Shown: piece after piece, positions 44,557 through 59,189 of the stretch
Layout: the number at the start of each line of letters is the position of its first letter
How positions within the stretch are numbered: the first letter of the stretch is position 1
From: the human T2T-CHM13v2.0 reference genome, Homo sapiens
Reading direction: 5' to 3' (one strand)
Length of the DNA: 64,000 nucleotides
Assembly (NCBI RefSeq): GCF_009914755.1
Contig: NC_060934.1
Translations under genes and position numbers: made by a program
The notes under the pieces: generated by a model
Databases searched by the model: none
What the model was told of the DNA's origin: nothing
What the model saw: only the letters and a program-made list of their open reading frames with translations

Positions 44557-47500
44557 ATAATGTCAATGGTCTATGTACTTTAAAAGTGTGTTTTTTTGGT
44601 GGCTGGTAATGGTCTTTTTTTAATTTTAGCATTTCCTTAAGAACCTCTTGTAAGGCAGGTCTGCTAGTAACAAATTTCTTTAGCATCTGCTAGTCTGAAA
44701 AGGATTTTATTTCTCCTTCTTTTATGAAGGTTTGTTTGGCTAGATATGAAAAATCTTTGTTGGAATTTCTTTTCTTTAAGAATGTTTACTATAGGTAACC
44801 AGTATCTTCTGAACTGTGGGATTTCTGCTGAAAGTTCTGCCTTTAGCCTGATGGGATTCCTTTTGTAGGTGATCTGTTCCTTCTCTCTAGCTGCTTAAAA
44901 TTTTTTTTTTCTTTCATGTCAACCTTGGAGTGTCTGATGACTATGTGCATTGGGGATGGTCATCTTGTATAGTATCTTTCAGGGATTCTCTCCATTTCCT
45001 GAATTTGAATGTTGACCTCTCTGTTGAGGTTGGAGAAATTGCCATGAATGATTTCCTCTAATATGCCTTGCAAGTTGCTTGCTTTCTCTCCCTCTCTTTC
45101 AGGGATTCCAATGAGTCATAGATTTGATCTCTTTACATTATCCCATATTTGTTCATTCTTTTTAATTCTTTTTTTCTTTATTTTTGTTTGACAGTTAATT
45201 CAGAGAACCAGTCTTCCAGCTCTGAGATATTTTTTTGTCTCAGCTTGGTCTATTCTGCTGTTAATATTTGTTATCGCATTATGAAATTCCTGTAGTGTGT
45301 CCTTCAGCTCCATCAGATCAGTTCGTTTCTTTCTCTAAATGGCCATTTCCTCTTTCAGCTCCTATATTGTTTTATTGTATTCCTTAGATTCCTTGGATTG
45401 GGTTTTGTCTTTCTCTTGAATCTCCATGATCTTCACTCCTCTCTATATTCTGAATTCTATGTCTGTCATTTCAGCCATTTTAGCCTGGTTAAGAACCATT
45501 GCTTGGGAACTAGTGCAGTTGTTTGGAGGTAAGAAGACATTCTGGCTTTTTGAGTTGCCAGAGTACTTGCACTGGTTCTTTCTCAACTGTGGTAGGTGAT
45601 GTTCTTTAATCTTTGAAGTTGCTGTCCTTTAGATGGGGTGTTTTGCTTTTATATTCTTTGATGCCCTCAAACCCTGGCGTTTAATTGTGGTATAAGATGG
45701 TTTCAGTTGACTGGCTTCATTTTTGGAAGATTTCAGGGGCCAGGGCTCAGCCCAAACACTCCTGGACTGTGTGATTTAATGCTAGAGGGCTGGTACTGGG
45801 CCCCAGTTCTATCCTGTCTCCCCTGGAGGTTAGGAACCTGCTGCACTGGAGAGGCTGAGGAGTTTCCATTTTGCTGGCCACAACACTGATGGGGGTTGCC
45901 AACCAAAGTGCTTCATCAGAACAGTGGCAGAGTTACATGTGCTGGCTTTTGCATGCCAGCAGCCACAGTGCAGTGGCACAGTGTGGTGTCTGCACATCAG
46001 CTTGGGCACAATGGTGGTAAAAGTCGGTTGGCAGTGTCCATGTGTGCATTTGCACAGATGGTGGCATGGTGGGATGCCTTCATGCCAACAGGGGCATTGA
46101 AATGGCATTCATGCACACTTACCCCAGTAGTGGCAGTGTGGCAGACTGCACATCATTGGGAGCAGGGCTGTGGAATGTGCTCATGTTGCATGCACACATG
46201 TGTGCCAGCAGGGGAGGGGAGGCGAGGTCTACTTGCACTTGCATGCCCTGGAAAAACAGTGGGAAGGCTGTAGGTGAGTGCCTGCTAGCAGAGCAGGAGC
46301 GGGAGGTTGCTGTGTGGAGAGGCTGTATGCAGGCTAGTCTGCTAGGGCTCTCGGATGGTCAGGTTCAGTCTGCTGGTGAGGGAGCTATGATGAGGGCCTC
46401 CAGGAAGCACCCTGGTTGGGCATCCAAGGCTACATTAAAAGTGGGCATGGCCAGGCTGGAGCTCCAGTACAGGCCAGCAGACAGTCAGGTACTCAGATCA
46501 GACTGGCCCCATCCCACAAGTAAGACCACCCTGCTTTCTTCAGTTCTGACAGTCAACCAAAGGCTAATGCCACCTAGAAGTACATGGTGAGCCTTGGGTG
46601 ATAAGCGTCCCTGGCTGTGCTCCACAGCAGCCATTCCTGCACCAAAGCTTGAAGCTCCGCATAGGCTGAAGTACTGCCCCTGCCACCTCTCTAAGCAGCA
46701 ATCCCTGCTAGCTTAAGTGTCTGTGGGAGTTGTGGGATCTCCTGCAGCTGAGATTCCAGGGGTCTATGGCAAGAGCAGACCACTCCTTACCTGTTCAACT
46801 CACCTCTTCCCCAGGGATCTCTGGGGGCCGGGAGTGAGCCCCATTGCTCATCAGCCCCGTGCAGGGTTCCCAGCTTACTCCCCCTTCAGCCCAGTGTCTG
46901 CATCCTCCCTTCTCCACTCTCAATGCCTTCCCTCTGAAGATCTGCCTGGAGTGTGACTGTCTTCCCAATGTTCAAGTCTCTCAGTGGGAGATATTCCTCC
47001 TGGCAGCATCTAGTAGTCCTTCTTGGTCTCCCTTCCATCTCAACCTCTATTATCCTATTTTCCAGGTGAGGAATCTGAGGCTCAGAGAGATTAGATGACT
47101 TCACAGATAGCTGTGGAGTTGAAGGCTACACTGTGAGGCAGCAGTGGAGTCAAGATTTGAAGCAATCTGTCTCCAGAATTTGTCTTTTTAACCCTAAGCA
47201 CACTGTCTTGTGACCATAGTTATGATCTTGTTATAGCTTTGCTTTTAATCTGAGAATATTCTTGAATCACTTTGAATGTGAGTCTTCCTTTCTTATGTTA
47301 CAAATGAAAGGAACTCAAGACAAAAAGGAAAACAATCCCTTTCAAAACTGCTTCTGAATCTTCTGTTGGTAGCTTAACCATGGGCTATGAAACATATAAA
47401 CTATGATATTTTAGATCCTGTCATAATTTAAAAGCACTGACAAGACCTATTCTGCAAACAATTCTGTATAGCATAAATACTTTTTCTCTATCACATTTAT

Positions 47501-48197
47501 CACATCACAGAAGTATTATGGTAAAATGCTTTACCGTAAAATCCTCCAGCATCATACATCTGCATATTTAGACAGCTGAGTTCATCTTTAAATCAGCATT
47601 ACCAAATCCACTTATGAACAACTGAAACAAATTCACAACCACTCAGAGCTAACACTAGGACACTTACACGCCATTAATGTTCTACTGGGAGTTTCAAGTA
47701 ACACTGTATCCATTAAGAGAAAGGAAATTGTAGAAAGATGATCTTCAAGGCAATGACAAGTGAAATGGCAAATTATTTCTGCCCTAAAGGCAATAATTTT
47801 TCCATTTGGTCATGAAATATTGGCTATATTATTCTTTTAAAAGCCTGTTCTTTAACTATTATTTTATAATTTATATATTCTACATAATTTATGTTGTATA
47901 TAAGTTTATGTGTAGATATATTCTAATGAAGTTTGTCTACAGCTAAATTACTGGCCTACTTCAAAACACAATACTAAGACTTTATTATTTAGAAGTCTTT
48001 AAAAGTTTGCCTCTAAATGTTTTTTGTTTGTTTTCACTGAAATATTTTTAATAATGTAGAAAATATGCTTAAGAGCGAGAAAATGATTTCAGCACATTTC
48101 TAACTATATTATATTTGGGTAAAATCCTAACTAAAGAAAAATGTTATTGCTAAGTTGCCATTAAGCTTCTCTTACTAAGAGGAATATTGCCCTGGAG

Positions 48198-48520
48198 TAG
48201 GGGGTCCATAAACTTTTTCTGCAGTGAGCTTTGTAGTGAATATTTTCAGCCCTCCAGACCTACTTAGCTCTGTTGTTGTAGTACAGAAGCAGTCACAGGC
48301 AATATATAAACAAATGGAAATGGTTGTGTTTCAATACAACTTTATTTATGGAGCCTGAGACCTGAATTACATATAATTTTCATGTGTCAGAAAGTATTAC
48401 ACTTCTTTTTATATTATTTCCAACCATTTAAAAATGTCATAATCATTCTTAGCAAACTGGCCACACACACAAAATAAAATAGGCCCAGGCTGGATTTTAC
48501 CTTGAGTTGTCTATTACCAA
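48198..48520. mobile_element. MER58B-like hAT MITE
   Basis: aaactttttctg...aaacaaatgg...tgtgtttcaatacaactttatttatg...caaccatttaaaaatgt. Confidence 0.75.
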
Positions 48521-48689
48521 TTCTTTCAAAAGAATATTGTATTCATGTCAAGGGCCTCATTTAATAGTTTTTGCAGGGAATTGATGAGCAGGTGAAGAGG
48601 AGAGTACTGAGAATATCAAAGGAGTTTTAGAACCTTTTTTCACAAAAAATATTATGCTCTTGACAGATGTTTTTTGCCAGAAGTCATAA

Positions 48690-49700
48690 TCTCATGAGGC
48701 TCACACTTTACCAAAACCGAAATCTTGATTTTCCTCAAACCTGCTTCTCCTCTAATTTTCTCTATATCACAAAGCGGCAGCACCATCCATCCCCTTCTCC
48801 CTCATCACCCATCTCAAATCCATCAGCAAATATGCATGCCTGTTCCTTCTAGGAGTCCCTGGCTGCCACCACCTATTCATACCAACACTCTCTCTCACCT
48901 GAACCACCACGTTAATTCCCAGTTGACCTCCCCTCCCTGTGACCCTCTCCTCAGCAACAATCCATCTTTAGCAACGTATCTTGAGTAACCATTTGCAAAT
49001 CAGAAATCTGATGATTGTACACATACTAGCTGCAATCTTAGCCAAGTTAATGCGGTACCTTAAGATTCCATTTCCTCTTCTGTAAATGGAAGGAGCAATT
49101 ATCCATGCTTCTGATTTGATGTGAAGATTAAATGGCTAATGTTAAACATTTAGATGATGCCTATTCTGCAATCCCTATTTGATGAACTAGGGCCCATAAG
49201 ATGGTAGCTACTATCATCATTAGTATTGTCATCATCATTGTCACTCTCCTAATTAAAACGGATTGCTGTTAGAATAAAATCAAAACGTGTCATCTCTTAG
49301 GTCTTGCAGAAGCTATCTGCCTCTCCTTGCCTGCCTTATGTTTGAAGCTTGTTAAGTCTCGGCCACTAGATCTTATTTTAGTTTCTCATGCACTCCAACC
49401 TCTCCAGGACCGTCACAGCTGCACCCTCCTATTCCTGTCACTGGATTCTTAATGTAAATGTCACTTCCTTAGAGAAGCCTTCCCTGACCACTCATTTAAA
49501 AAATATTTTCCACAAACTCACACCCTATGCAATCATAGAATTCTGCTCGTTTCTTTTATAACAATTCTCACGGTAGGTTATTTGTTAATGCCTTTATTTC
49601 TATATTTTTATTAGAATATAGCTTCCAGGAGAAAGATAAGCATGCCTCCTCCATCACTGTGTGCAAATATTGGTCTTCTATAAACATTTATGGAATAAAA
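48690..49700 (+). mobile_element. L2 fragments with an embedded MIR (~49020-49220)
   Basis: ggcagcaccatccatcc, aatgtcacttccttagagaagccttccctgacc L2 motifs. Confidence 0.6.
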
Positions 49701-51077
49701 CAAAGAAAAATGAAATCTCAGAGATATCTGCTAATTTTATTCAAATTCTGATACAGTCATTTAAATTCATCAAACTCTAAGTGGTCAATAAGGAGGCTCA
49801 CTCATTCTTCTGTCCATTTATCCAGCAAACATGTATCAAGTACCTTCTGAGTTAGCCCTGTACAAATTATAGAGGATCAAAAGCCTTGGTAGTTGCTTTC
49901 AAAGAATTCATAACATAATTGCATAAGCTGTCATTTAAAAGTACATATCAAAAATATATACATCAATGAGTCAATATACTTATTTTCTTCAGGTTTAAGT
50001 TTTAATTTTCTTTTTCATCAAAACATTCATCATATAAAATAGCACCTCTAACTGGCACCATCAGTTATATAGTAAACATTTACTGAACATGTGTCGGCTA
50101 CTATACTAAGCAATGAAATTCTACTTGGATTTCTTTTTCCTGCTACACTTCACTTTTTAAGAGAAAGAAGCAAGTATCATCCAAATCAGTTATCGGATAG
50201 TCTGTTCTTTTAAAGTTTGTAGTTTTTGTCTTGGGATCTGTATACACGTATCATGTTCTGCTTTACTTTCTGCCTGGGCTACAGTCCCCACAGGAATTCA
50301 TGTTGACCCTGATGCACTGCAAGGTCTTTGATACAAGGGAGAGATTATATTTTACCCAGTATTCTAACTATATCCAGAAAATATGTAGAGACATAGTCAA
50401 GAAATTTTTCGCAACTAATTATTTAAAGAAAAGCATTTTTGCCCTTAAAAAGGTTAAATCTTCATAATCCAATGAACAAGGACAGCCTATAACCAGCTGT
50501 CCGGTTGTAGGTTTTGTTTGCGAGTTCAACCGTCACTTGGTTATTTATTTCTATTTAAGAATTATGCATGCGTTTAGAAATTGCTACTATCAGATGGTAC
50601 AGTAATGATATTTTCCTGGGCCAAACCAATAGATTTTCACAATATATAGTTAATTCAGAGAGACAGTTCTACTGAATTGTCTTTATTACAAATGTGGATA
50701 TTAATTAAAACTTCTGAAATGAAGTAACTTAAAAAATACACAAATACCTATCCTGGTAAAAAAAAAAAAAAAAAAAAGAAAAGTAATTCAATAATTGGTT
50801 AGTAAAGTAACGGGGGTGATGAATGTTACTACGGAAAGTGGAAGATATGAATGCACTTAAATGATCTGCTAATAACTGTGTGATCTGTGGCAATTCTACC
50901 CCTCCAGATTCAGTTTCTATACTTAAAAAAAATAGAAAAAAAACTTGTATGAAAAGATTTCTATAAATCTCATATTTCTAAAGTTACATGAATTCAATAC
51001 CACTTACCTGAACATTGGTAGTGTGTTTTAATGCAAATTAACTTTTTTATTAGGTGTTAAAACATTTTTATTACTGT

Positions 51078-51472
51078 TGTTAAAAGAAAAACTTTAGACA
51101 AATTTAACAGAATTTAATTGAGCCAAGAAAGACTTGCAAATCGGGCACCCCCCAGAACTAGAATAAATTCAGAGCAACTCTGGGGCTGCCACATGGTCGG
51201 ATAACATTTATGGACTGAAAAAGGAAAATGAAGTACAAAAAAACAGTAGTGAGGTACAGAAACAGCTGGATTGGTTACAGCTCAGCATCTGCTTTAGTCA
51301 GAGAAGGTTTGAGCAATCGGCCACCAGTGATTGGCCTAAGCGCTCTGACTGATAGAAAAGTAGGTTACAGTCTGTTTACACCTCATTAGGTTACAGTTCA
51401 CTGTATGGAGAAACCTTTAGGGTGAACTTAAAATAGGAAAGGAGGCAGCTTTAGGCTAACCTTAATTTAACA
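51078..51472 (-). mobile_element. ERV1 solo LTR (MER57-like)
   Basis: TG...CA ends; reverse strand begins tgttaaattaaggttagcctaaagctgcctcc; flanks ctgt/ctgg. Confidence 0.75.
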
Positions 51473-54071
51473 CTGGTAATTCACTTGCCTCCTAAACTGT
51501 TAATGTAACTACCATCACAAACTTTAACACCTCCAAGAAGAGAATTTTTCTTCCCTGTTCCTTGATTTTTTAAAAAAGAGAGAATTAAAAAGATAACATA
51601 TACTTTCTCATCTCATATACTGTAGCTTTTCTATCTTTTCATCCATATGGCTGTTGGGGGGAGAGGGGTGGTGTAGGGGAGAGAGAGAGAGAGAGATTAA
51701 AAAAAAAGAGAAATACTAGTTACAAGGCAGAATTATCTTTCTGATTGCATGAAACCCATAGATCGTTTTCTCTCCAACAGAAATCTTTTCAGTAACCTCA
51801 ATCCACGTTTTGGCTTCATTTTTTATTATGCTTTAACTGGATTATGGAATAAAACCAAGTTTCGATTTGGTTTCTGTTAGATATTGTTTTTCGCAAAGGG
51901 ATTGTAGCTTTTTCCTATTAAAAAGTCAAATTTACCTTCAGTGAAAACACTAAAAGAAAATTGAACAGGAATTTCAACATAGAGTGATTTTGTCATAACA
52001 AGTTAGATATACATGGGAAAGTTCAGCAACTCTCAAAGTGCTTTATATCAGTGGTCCTGATAACCACTGCGTACATGAATGTTTACACACTAAGAAATTG
52101 ACTTTTGCACTTAAAGCAAATAAACTTTCAAGTAGTTATATATTAATTCGGCTCTGAATATAAGTCAGTCACTATGTTATGACACAAAGAAATAGAAGTT
52201 TAGTCCTGGCCTTAAAACTTAAAAGTATAATAAAAAAAAATAAAAATAAAAATAAAACTCTTACAAAACAGGAAAAAATGAAAAAAAGAAGTTCAGTTGA
52301 CTTTTAATAGCTTTACAAACTGAGTTGGCAACAAATGTGTTCAAATGTGAAGAAAATCAGGAAACATCTCACCTGAATCTGTTTGGTAAAAAATTTGTTA
52401 TGGGTTTATTTAAGACTCGTCATGGAAACGTCATACCTTATTTATGACACTATGTCCTAACATGCAGACTCAATGCAAATCTTAGCTTCTTTTTAGTGAA
52501 GCTCAAGGAAAAAGTCTTGGTGACCAACATAAGGAAGAGTCCATTTTAACATAGCAGCAATGCATTCATGAAATCCTAGCTGGAACCAGTTCAGACAGGG
52601 ACATAGGATGTGCTTTGTTGCTCATTAGGGAAAAAAGAGCCATTTATCTCACTGGACTTGTGGGGATTGGGAGCAGGAAGCTGGGTTCAACTAAGTAGCT
52701 TAGTAGAGCCATCCGGCTTCCAGGAATGGGATAGTCACTGCAGAGATGGAGCAGGACTCTGACTCAGCAGTGGGAGAGACTGGAAGAGAGGCAGTGGCTA
52801 CTGTGAAAGAACACACCAACCACAGAGCAGAGACAAATCCTTTAGGTAGCTGTCTTTTGAAATTCACTTTGTATTCTACCTCTATGTAAATGTAAATGTT
52901 AAGTGCCTCCATTATAAATAACTTATAAATAATACTAACGTAACACATCCTTGATATTTACAAATAACACTGCCTAGAAATCTTAAAGGGAAAACCAAAC
53001 ATACATTTAATACATCTACAAGAAATACCTTTTTAGAAAATAAAATGTATATGTTTCAAAATTTGATGAGCATCTACGATGTGGAATAAGCCTACTTTTT
53101 TCACAGTCTGGCAAATGGGAGAGTCCTCATTTACAGATCCCATCCAATATGTCAGCCATTCTCCTGGGTTATTAAGACACTGAGATGAATATACACCCTC
53201 CCCAAACTCTAGGATCCCCTACTCTACAAAGGAGTGTGAATACATAAGTATCCAACTTGCTGACACCCAAAAGTGCAACAGTAGCATAGAGGAAGTAAGG
53301 GTTCTGCTTGGAAGAAAAGAAAGTAATAAGATTTCAGATTACCCACCAGGATATAACTTGGGCGCACATCTCTCACTGTTCTCATTTAGCCCAAAATCCA
53401 CAGCAGCATGAAAATATGCAAACAGAGAACAGTATGCTGGTGTCATTTAGATGCACAAACTTTGATATCACACATACAGTGACATCTAAGGAATCATCAC
53501 CGCACTAACATTCAATTTCCTTACCTATAAGATGGAGGTCATAGATAAACACATCTCAGACTTTGGAGCGAGATTGAGAGTATGTATGTATAGCACTTTG
53601 TGTAGTAGCTAGCATGCAGTAAGTACAATTACTCTTGGAAATTATTTTTATTTTCTAAAGAAATAGTAGCTATGGCTTCACAAACAAACCATTTAAGGAT
53701 TCTTTAATAGCCCTATGAGACTAGAGCATGAAGTTTGAAAGGAGTGGCTGTGAAGAAAGAGGCCAGATAAAGATTACACAGCGAAGTTCCATTAATGCCC
53801 CCCAAAGGAATTCCAACTTGATACAAATGTAATGAGGAAAGCCCAGCTAACATGACTATGTGCTTTGGAAAGTTAAATCTAGAGACAATAGGAAGAAGAT
53901 ATGGAGCAGGTAACCAATCGGGAGGCCTTTCACTGAGGGAACAGTTTCTGCTATGAAAGCAGTAGGCCGGTTTTATAATTTGTGGGTCATTTTGAATATT
54001 GTCACGGTTATTTATTATGTAACTTTAATATGCATTTTAAGAGTTTCTGCAATAATTCACATGATTTTTTA

Positions 54072-54495
<424 letters not shown>

Positions 54496-56369
54496 CTATA
54501 AGCATTCTATGCTATAAAGCGAGATATACAGGCATTTAGATAGTTAAAGCAACAAGAAAATAAAAGTATTTTCTTTTGTGCATCTCAGGTCAGTGTACTT
54601 TTCAATATCACCTCAATATTTTCTCTTTTCCCCAAGGGAAGATGTCTGAATACACTTTGGTGGTATTCATACATTCATACATGTTTCAAAGTGAAACAAT
54701 TTCCTTGTGAAAATTTCAAATCATGAATTTGGATGGATAACTTTAAAATATGAAAGGTGAAAGGAATGAAAATATATTAATATACATTTTTATAATAGTA
54801 ATGTTAGAAACATAACTTTTGGTTTTGATCTCATTCAGAATATAACTGACAAGAGGTAGATGATAAGGTAGATATTTACTAGTTGTGCTCTAAAAGTGAA
54901 AATGTCATATCTAATTGAATATCTTAAGCATAGATTATGTTTCACATGAAGAACAAAACCACAAAGGCCTAACTTGAAGGCAAACATTGTACTTTTGTGC
55001 CCTCCAGTGGCCATCTGGAGAATATACTCATCCTCATAGAATTGTTCAAGAAACATAAAGTGGCTAAGGAGGCAATGGCAAAGGAAACAAGCAAACTGTA
55101 CACCCAGAGACCCTGAGGCTATTACTTTCTCATAAATTTACTGAAGTAAGAAGAGAGCTAGCAGACTTGGGAGATTCTTCAGACTGCTTCCAAGAATGCA
55201 AAGGAGCTATTGGTTTGGACTACAGATGGTTCTTTTGATCATTCTTGAATATACTCTTCTTAGACACTTCTTAAACAAGGATTGCCAAGCACAGCATGGA
55301 AGCTTAAATTTTCATTTCAATCAAAAAAATTATGCATGGAACACAAGTGACACTAAGCTTCTCACTCTGGGAGAGGTATCACTTCAGTCAACAGGCTCCT
55401 GGGCTGGGGATCTTTTGGGAAACCAGCAGATAGCTACCGGAATGCCAGGGAAATAATTGCACATGGATTTTGCAAGAGACTCAAAATCAAATCACACTGG
55501 CAGAGCAAAGAGTTTTGACAATAAGACTTTAATTGAATAGTCAGAGTTAGATGGAACATCCAAAATAGAAAAATACCTGTTTATTAAAATGGACATTACC
55601 TATTTTCTCATCTTTACCTTTTAGTATTAGCTTAGCCCCAGAATTAGATGCAGTTAATACAGCCAGGTCTGCAGAGCATTGTAGATAGATTTTGATTCCT
55701 ATTTTAAATGTGGCTGGAATTTCTGATGCCATTTCTTGCATGGTCCTAGAGGGAATAGAGCCTTTGGTTTTTATACAGTCATAGGTTTTGGTGCGGTTTT
55801 TTAAGATCAGTTTGTTATCTTTTTCTGAGAATTAAATGGATCAAAATGTCTCTAAATTTTAAAAATAAGTTTTGTTTAAACCCAGTGACTGCTTAACTAT
55901 TTGCATAATACTTCTGAAAACTTTTTAGTTTTTCACAAATGGAAGCTTTCTTTTACTAGGCAGACAATTCTGTTTAATAAGTGAGTTCAGCTCCTGCACC
56001 ACCGTGAATTTAATAGCCTGGAGATCCTGTTTCACTTTCTGAGAGAACAGATCCTATAAATTGCATTCTATGTGCCATTCCACTTCCTGTCTGATGGTGA
56101 TGCGGAAAAACAGCTGTTGTGTGGGAACTGTTCAGAGCTGTGTTTCTCAAACCACAGGTCATGGAAGGGTGGTTAAGTAGGCCCTGTTTCCCTTTCTTCC
56201 AAAATAGCACCCAAGGCTCTTCTGACCTTGCCTCCTTCCACCTCTTAGTTGTAAGCCTACTAAGGAGTAAGTTTATCCTACTTCCTTTTGTTGTGTTTAT
56301 TTTTAATTGGGGAGGAATAAGTACATATCCTGGGAGAGGCTAGAGTTATCCTGAGAGATGTGCGGGGTA

Positions 56370-56419
56370 AATATACATATACACACACACGTACACATTT
56401 ATATATCTATCTATCTATC

Positions 56420-56453
<34 letters not shown>

Positions 56454-56465
56454 CTTATATATGTA
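56370..56465. repeat. Compound (CA)/(TA)/(TCTA) microsatellite
   Basis: Direct reading. Confidence 0.9.
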
Positions 56466-56998
56466 TAAGTAGAGTTCTCTCTTTTTTAGATTAGTGTCAA
56501 ATGAATCTCATAGTCTAGGAACTAAAGCAAACCACATCACTCTAATTTTAGTACACTCTACCGTCAAACAATATTTTCACCCTGTCTTCAAATGGTACAT
56601 AGAGAGATTTAGATTTAATTATTCAATATGGAATAATAGAAACTACAAGCAAGCATTAACCCAGGTTTACAGTTACTCAAATAGCAAGGATTAAACAATA
56701 TACAATGGGTTGACAAATGTGCTGTCTCCTACTGGATAGGAGACAATGGAAACAAGTTTCATTGGTGGCTTGGGCAACTGATGCAAATGTACTAGCTGGG
56801 AGATAAATCAGACCTCAGCCCTGTTGGTAGTATAGACATCATCACAAAGGATATTTTAATAATGACACTGTGGCTAGCCTTTCTTTTCCTTCCTCCGTTA
56901 CTCTCTACTTATAATTTGCATAATAAATGAAACTCCTATTTTATCTCTCATTCCAATGGCTTCTCTTAGGAAATTAATGGTTTAGAAAAATAGCTTAC

Positions 56999-57292
56999 AG
57001 CTGGGAGCCGTGGCTCACACCTGTAATCTCAGCACTTTGGGAGGCCGAGGCAGGTGGTTCACAAGGTCAGGAGTTCAAGACCAGCCTGACCAACATGGTG
57101 AAACCCTGTCTCTACTAAAAATACAAAAATTAGCTGGGCGTGGTGGCACACGTCTGTAATCCCAGCTACTCAGGAGGCTGAGGCAGGAAAATCACCTGAA
57201 CCTGGGAGGCAGAGGTTACAGTGAGCCTAGATCACCCACTGCACGCTAGCCTGGGTGACAAAGCGAGACTCCATCTCAAAAAAAAAAAAAAA
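56999..57292 (+). mobile_element. AluSg-like
   Basis: Full dimer; TSD agaaaaatag(c/g)ttacag. Confidence 0.93.
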
Positions 57293-59189
57293 AGAAAAAT
57301 AGGTTACAGTTTTTTTTTTGGTTTTGGGGGAGTGGGTAAAAACAGAATGAACTAAGGCGTCTTAACAGCTGACATCCATCAAAGGGGCTGCTCTTTTGCC
57401 TGGCATTGAGGTAGCAAGCACAAGGCCATATAGAGAGACAGAATCCAAGAAATTCTCATAAAAAGCAATTAGATGACAACAGAAGGGACAAGCAGAAATT
57501 ATTAAATGTTTTTAGGCTTCTGGTTAAAAAAGATATTTTAAAACCTTATCAAGTATGACCCAATTTCTTTTTGATTCAACATAAACTTACCCAACTGTAT
57601 GAATAGTCGCAATACAAAATTTTGGTTCACAACAGCCAAGGCAGTATTCTCCAACCTGAATAGAAGTCTTAACTTCTAAACAATTTAGACTTTTAAAAAT
57701 TATATAAATTCTACACTCATTACTTTAGAAAATTGTGTTGCAAAAATCAGTGTTTATTCTGGATTCTTAAATTAAAAATTTATAGGGATTAGGATACTTT
57801 TTCAAGGTAAATTTCCCTTTTGATACCTTCAAAGTGTTTGATGAGCAAAAGAGCCATTAATGTTTTCAGGGCCTCCCATGAAATGAAATTAGTGTTTATG
57901 AGTCTTATCTTCATTAATTAATATTTTAAACTAAACTGTTTAACCATAATATAATGTTAATAATTTTTCTGAGACAAAATATAAGAGAATATTATGACCA
58001 GTTTCTGTGTTGAACCAAAGCTAAATTCAACAGTAGTTAGATAAGCTGAAGATAAAAGGCAAATGATAGCATATTTATTTAAAAATGAAACACAATTTAA
58101 AAAGGAAAAACAAAGAAAGAAGTACATTCCCTTGTGGGACTTTTTTGTTTTCATGGTGAGCACTTCTGTAAGGAATACTTTTTTCCTATGTTCACACTAG
58201 ATGTAAGTGGGTCATAAAACATTTACGTACTAGGATGAATAGATTTTGAGCTGGGAGGCTTTAATTAGTCATGTGCAACATATTTACAAGCTTATGAGAA
58301 TTAGAAAAGTCATAGGAAAATAAAATAAAGAAATTAGCTGAAAAGAATGACAATAATTTAGCTAATTAGAAAATGTAATTATAGTGTATTTTCCTTCAGA
58401 TTACAAACTCTCTGCATAAGAGTCCAGTAATCCTTTGAGTCTAAGATGCCTTCACTGATAATCTAGAATAGGATCAGGCAGAACCAATGAGGTAGGATAT
58501 AAATATTAATAACAAACAATCCCAACATCTCACTTTGCATATTCATTTATTATTCTCCTCCAATAAGCTTTTATCCATGGTTGCTAACAAACTACTAAAC
58601 CGACTGATTTTTTCTCAGTGCCTAATAACAAACAACAAAGTGCCTCAAGTAAACTGTTGGAAAGAAGGAGATGTAGTTGGGAAGAAATTAAATAACCCCC
58701 ATACTGGCTAACAATGTGTTGAATAACTAACAATTAGCTGACAATCACTCATCCTCTTGTTATTTATTGTTAATCACCCAAGTGAATTTACATATAAATA
58801 CTGAGGGCAAAATAATAATTCCTTCTTACCCTTTTTGCTACCAAACACTGGGCATATTTATAATTATCCTGCCAAGAGCAAACTATGCCATAGGCCTTTA
58901 AATATTGCAAATGAAAGAGGTGGGGAGAAAAAATAAACATACATTTCTCATTTATTTTTCTAAAGTAATTTAATAAATTCTTTTAGAAAGAAAGATTAAA
59001 AGTTGGTAGGTCATTCATCTTGAGGTTTCTGTGAACATCATATTTGCCTCTGTAAATAAATAAGCAAAACACACTCCATTTTAATGAGATCCTTTCCAAT
59101 ATCCCATATTTTTAAAAAGTGACATTACTTTCCCTTAACTGTAGAACAAAGTCAAGAAGCCTCTGTCTAGTCTTCAGGGTCTCCTAGAG

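Larger units (their letters stand above)
39108..47047 (-). mobile_element. Full-length old primate L1 (L1PA15/16-like), ORFs disrupted, inserted in a MIR; carries an Alu and MER11
   Basis: 3' UTR at ~39130; ORF2 remnants through the EN start ([17 protein letters not shown]); ORF1 remnant; GC-rich 5' UTR ~45700-47040; TSD tattatcct(c)atttt at 39093-39107 / 47048-47061; MIR halves at ~38990-39107 and ~47048-47200. Confidence 0.9.

Noticed and set aside
45707-47104. Cluster of ORFs up to 182 aa
   Set aside because: They lie in the GC-rich L1 5' UTR, where stops are sparse; no protein resemblance.
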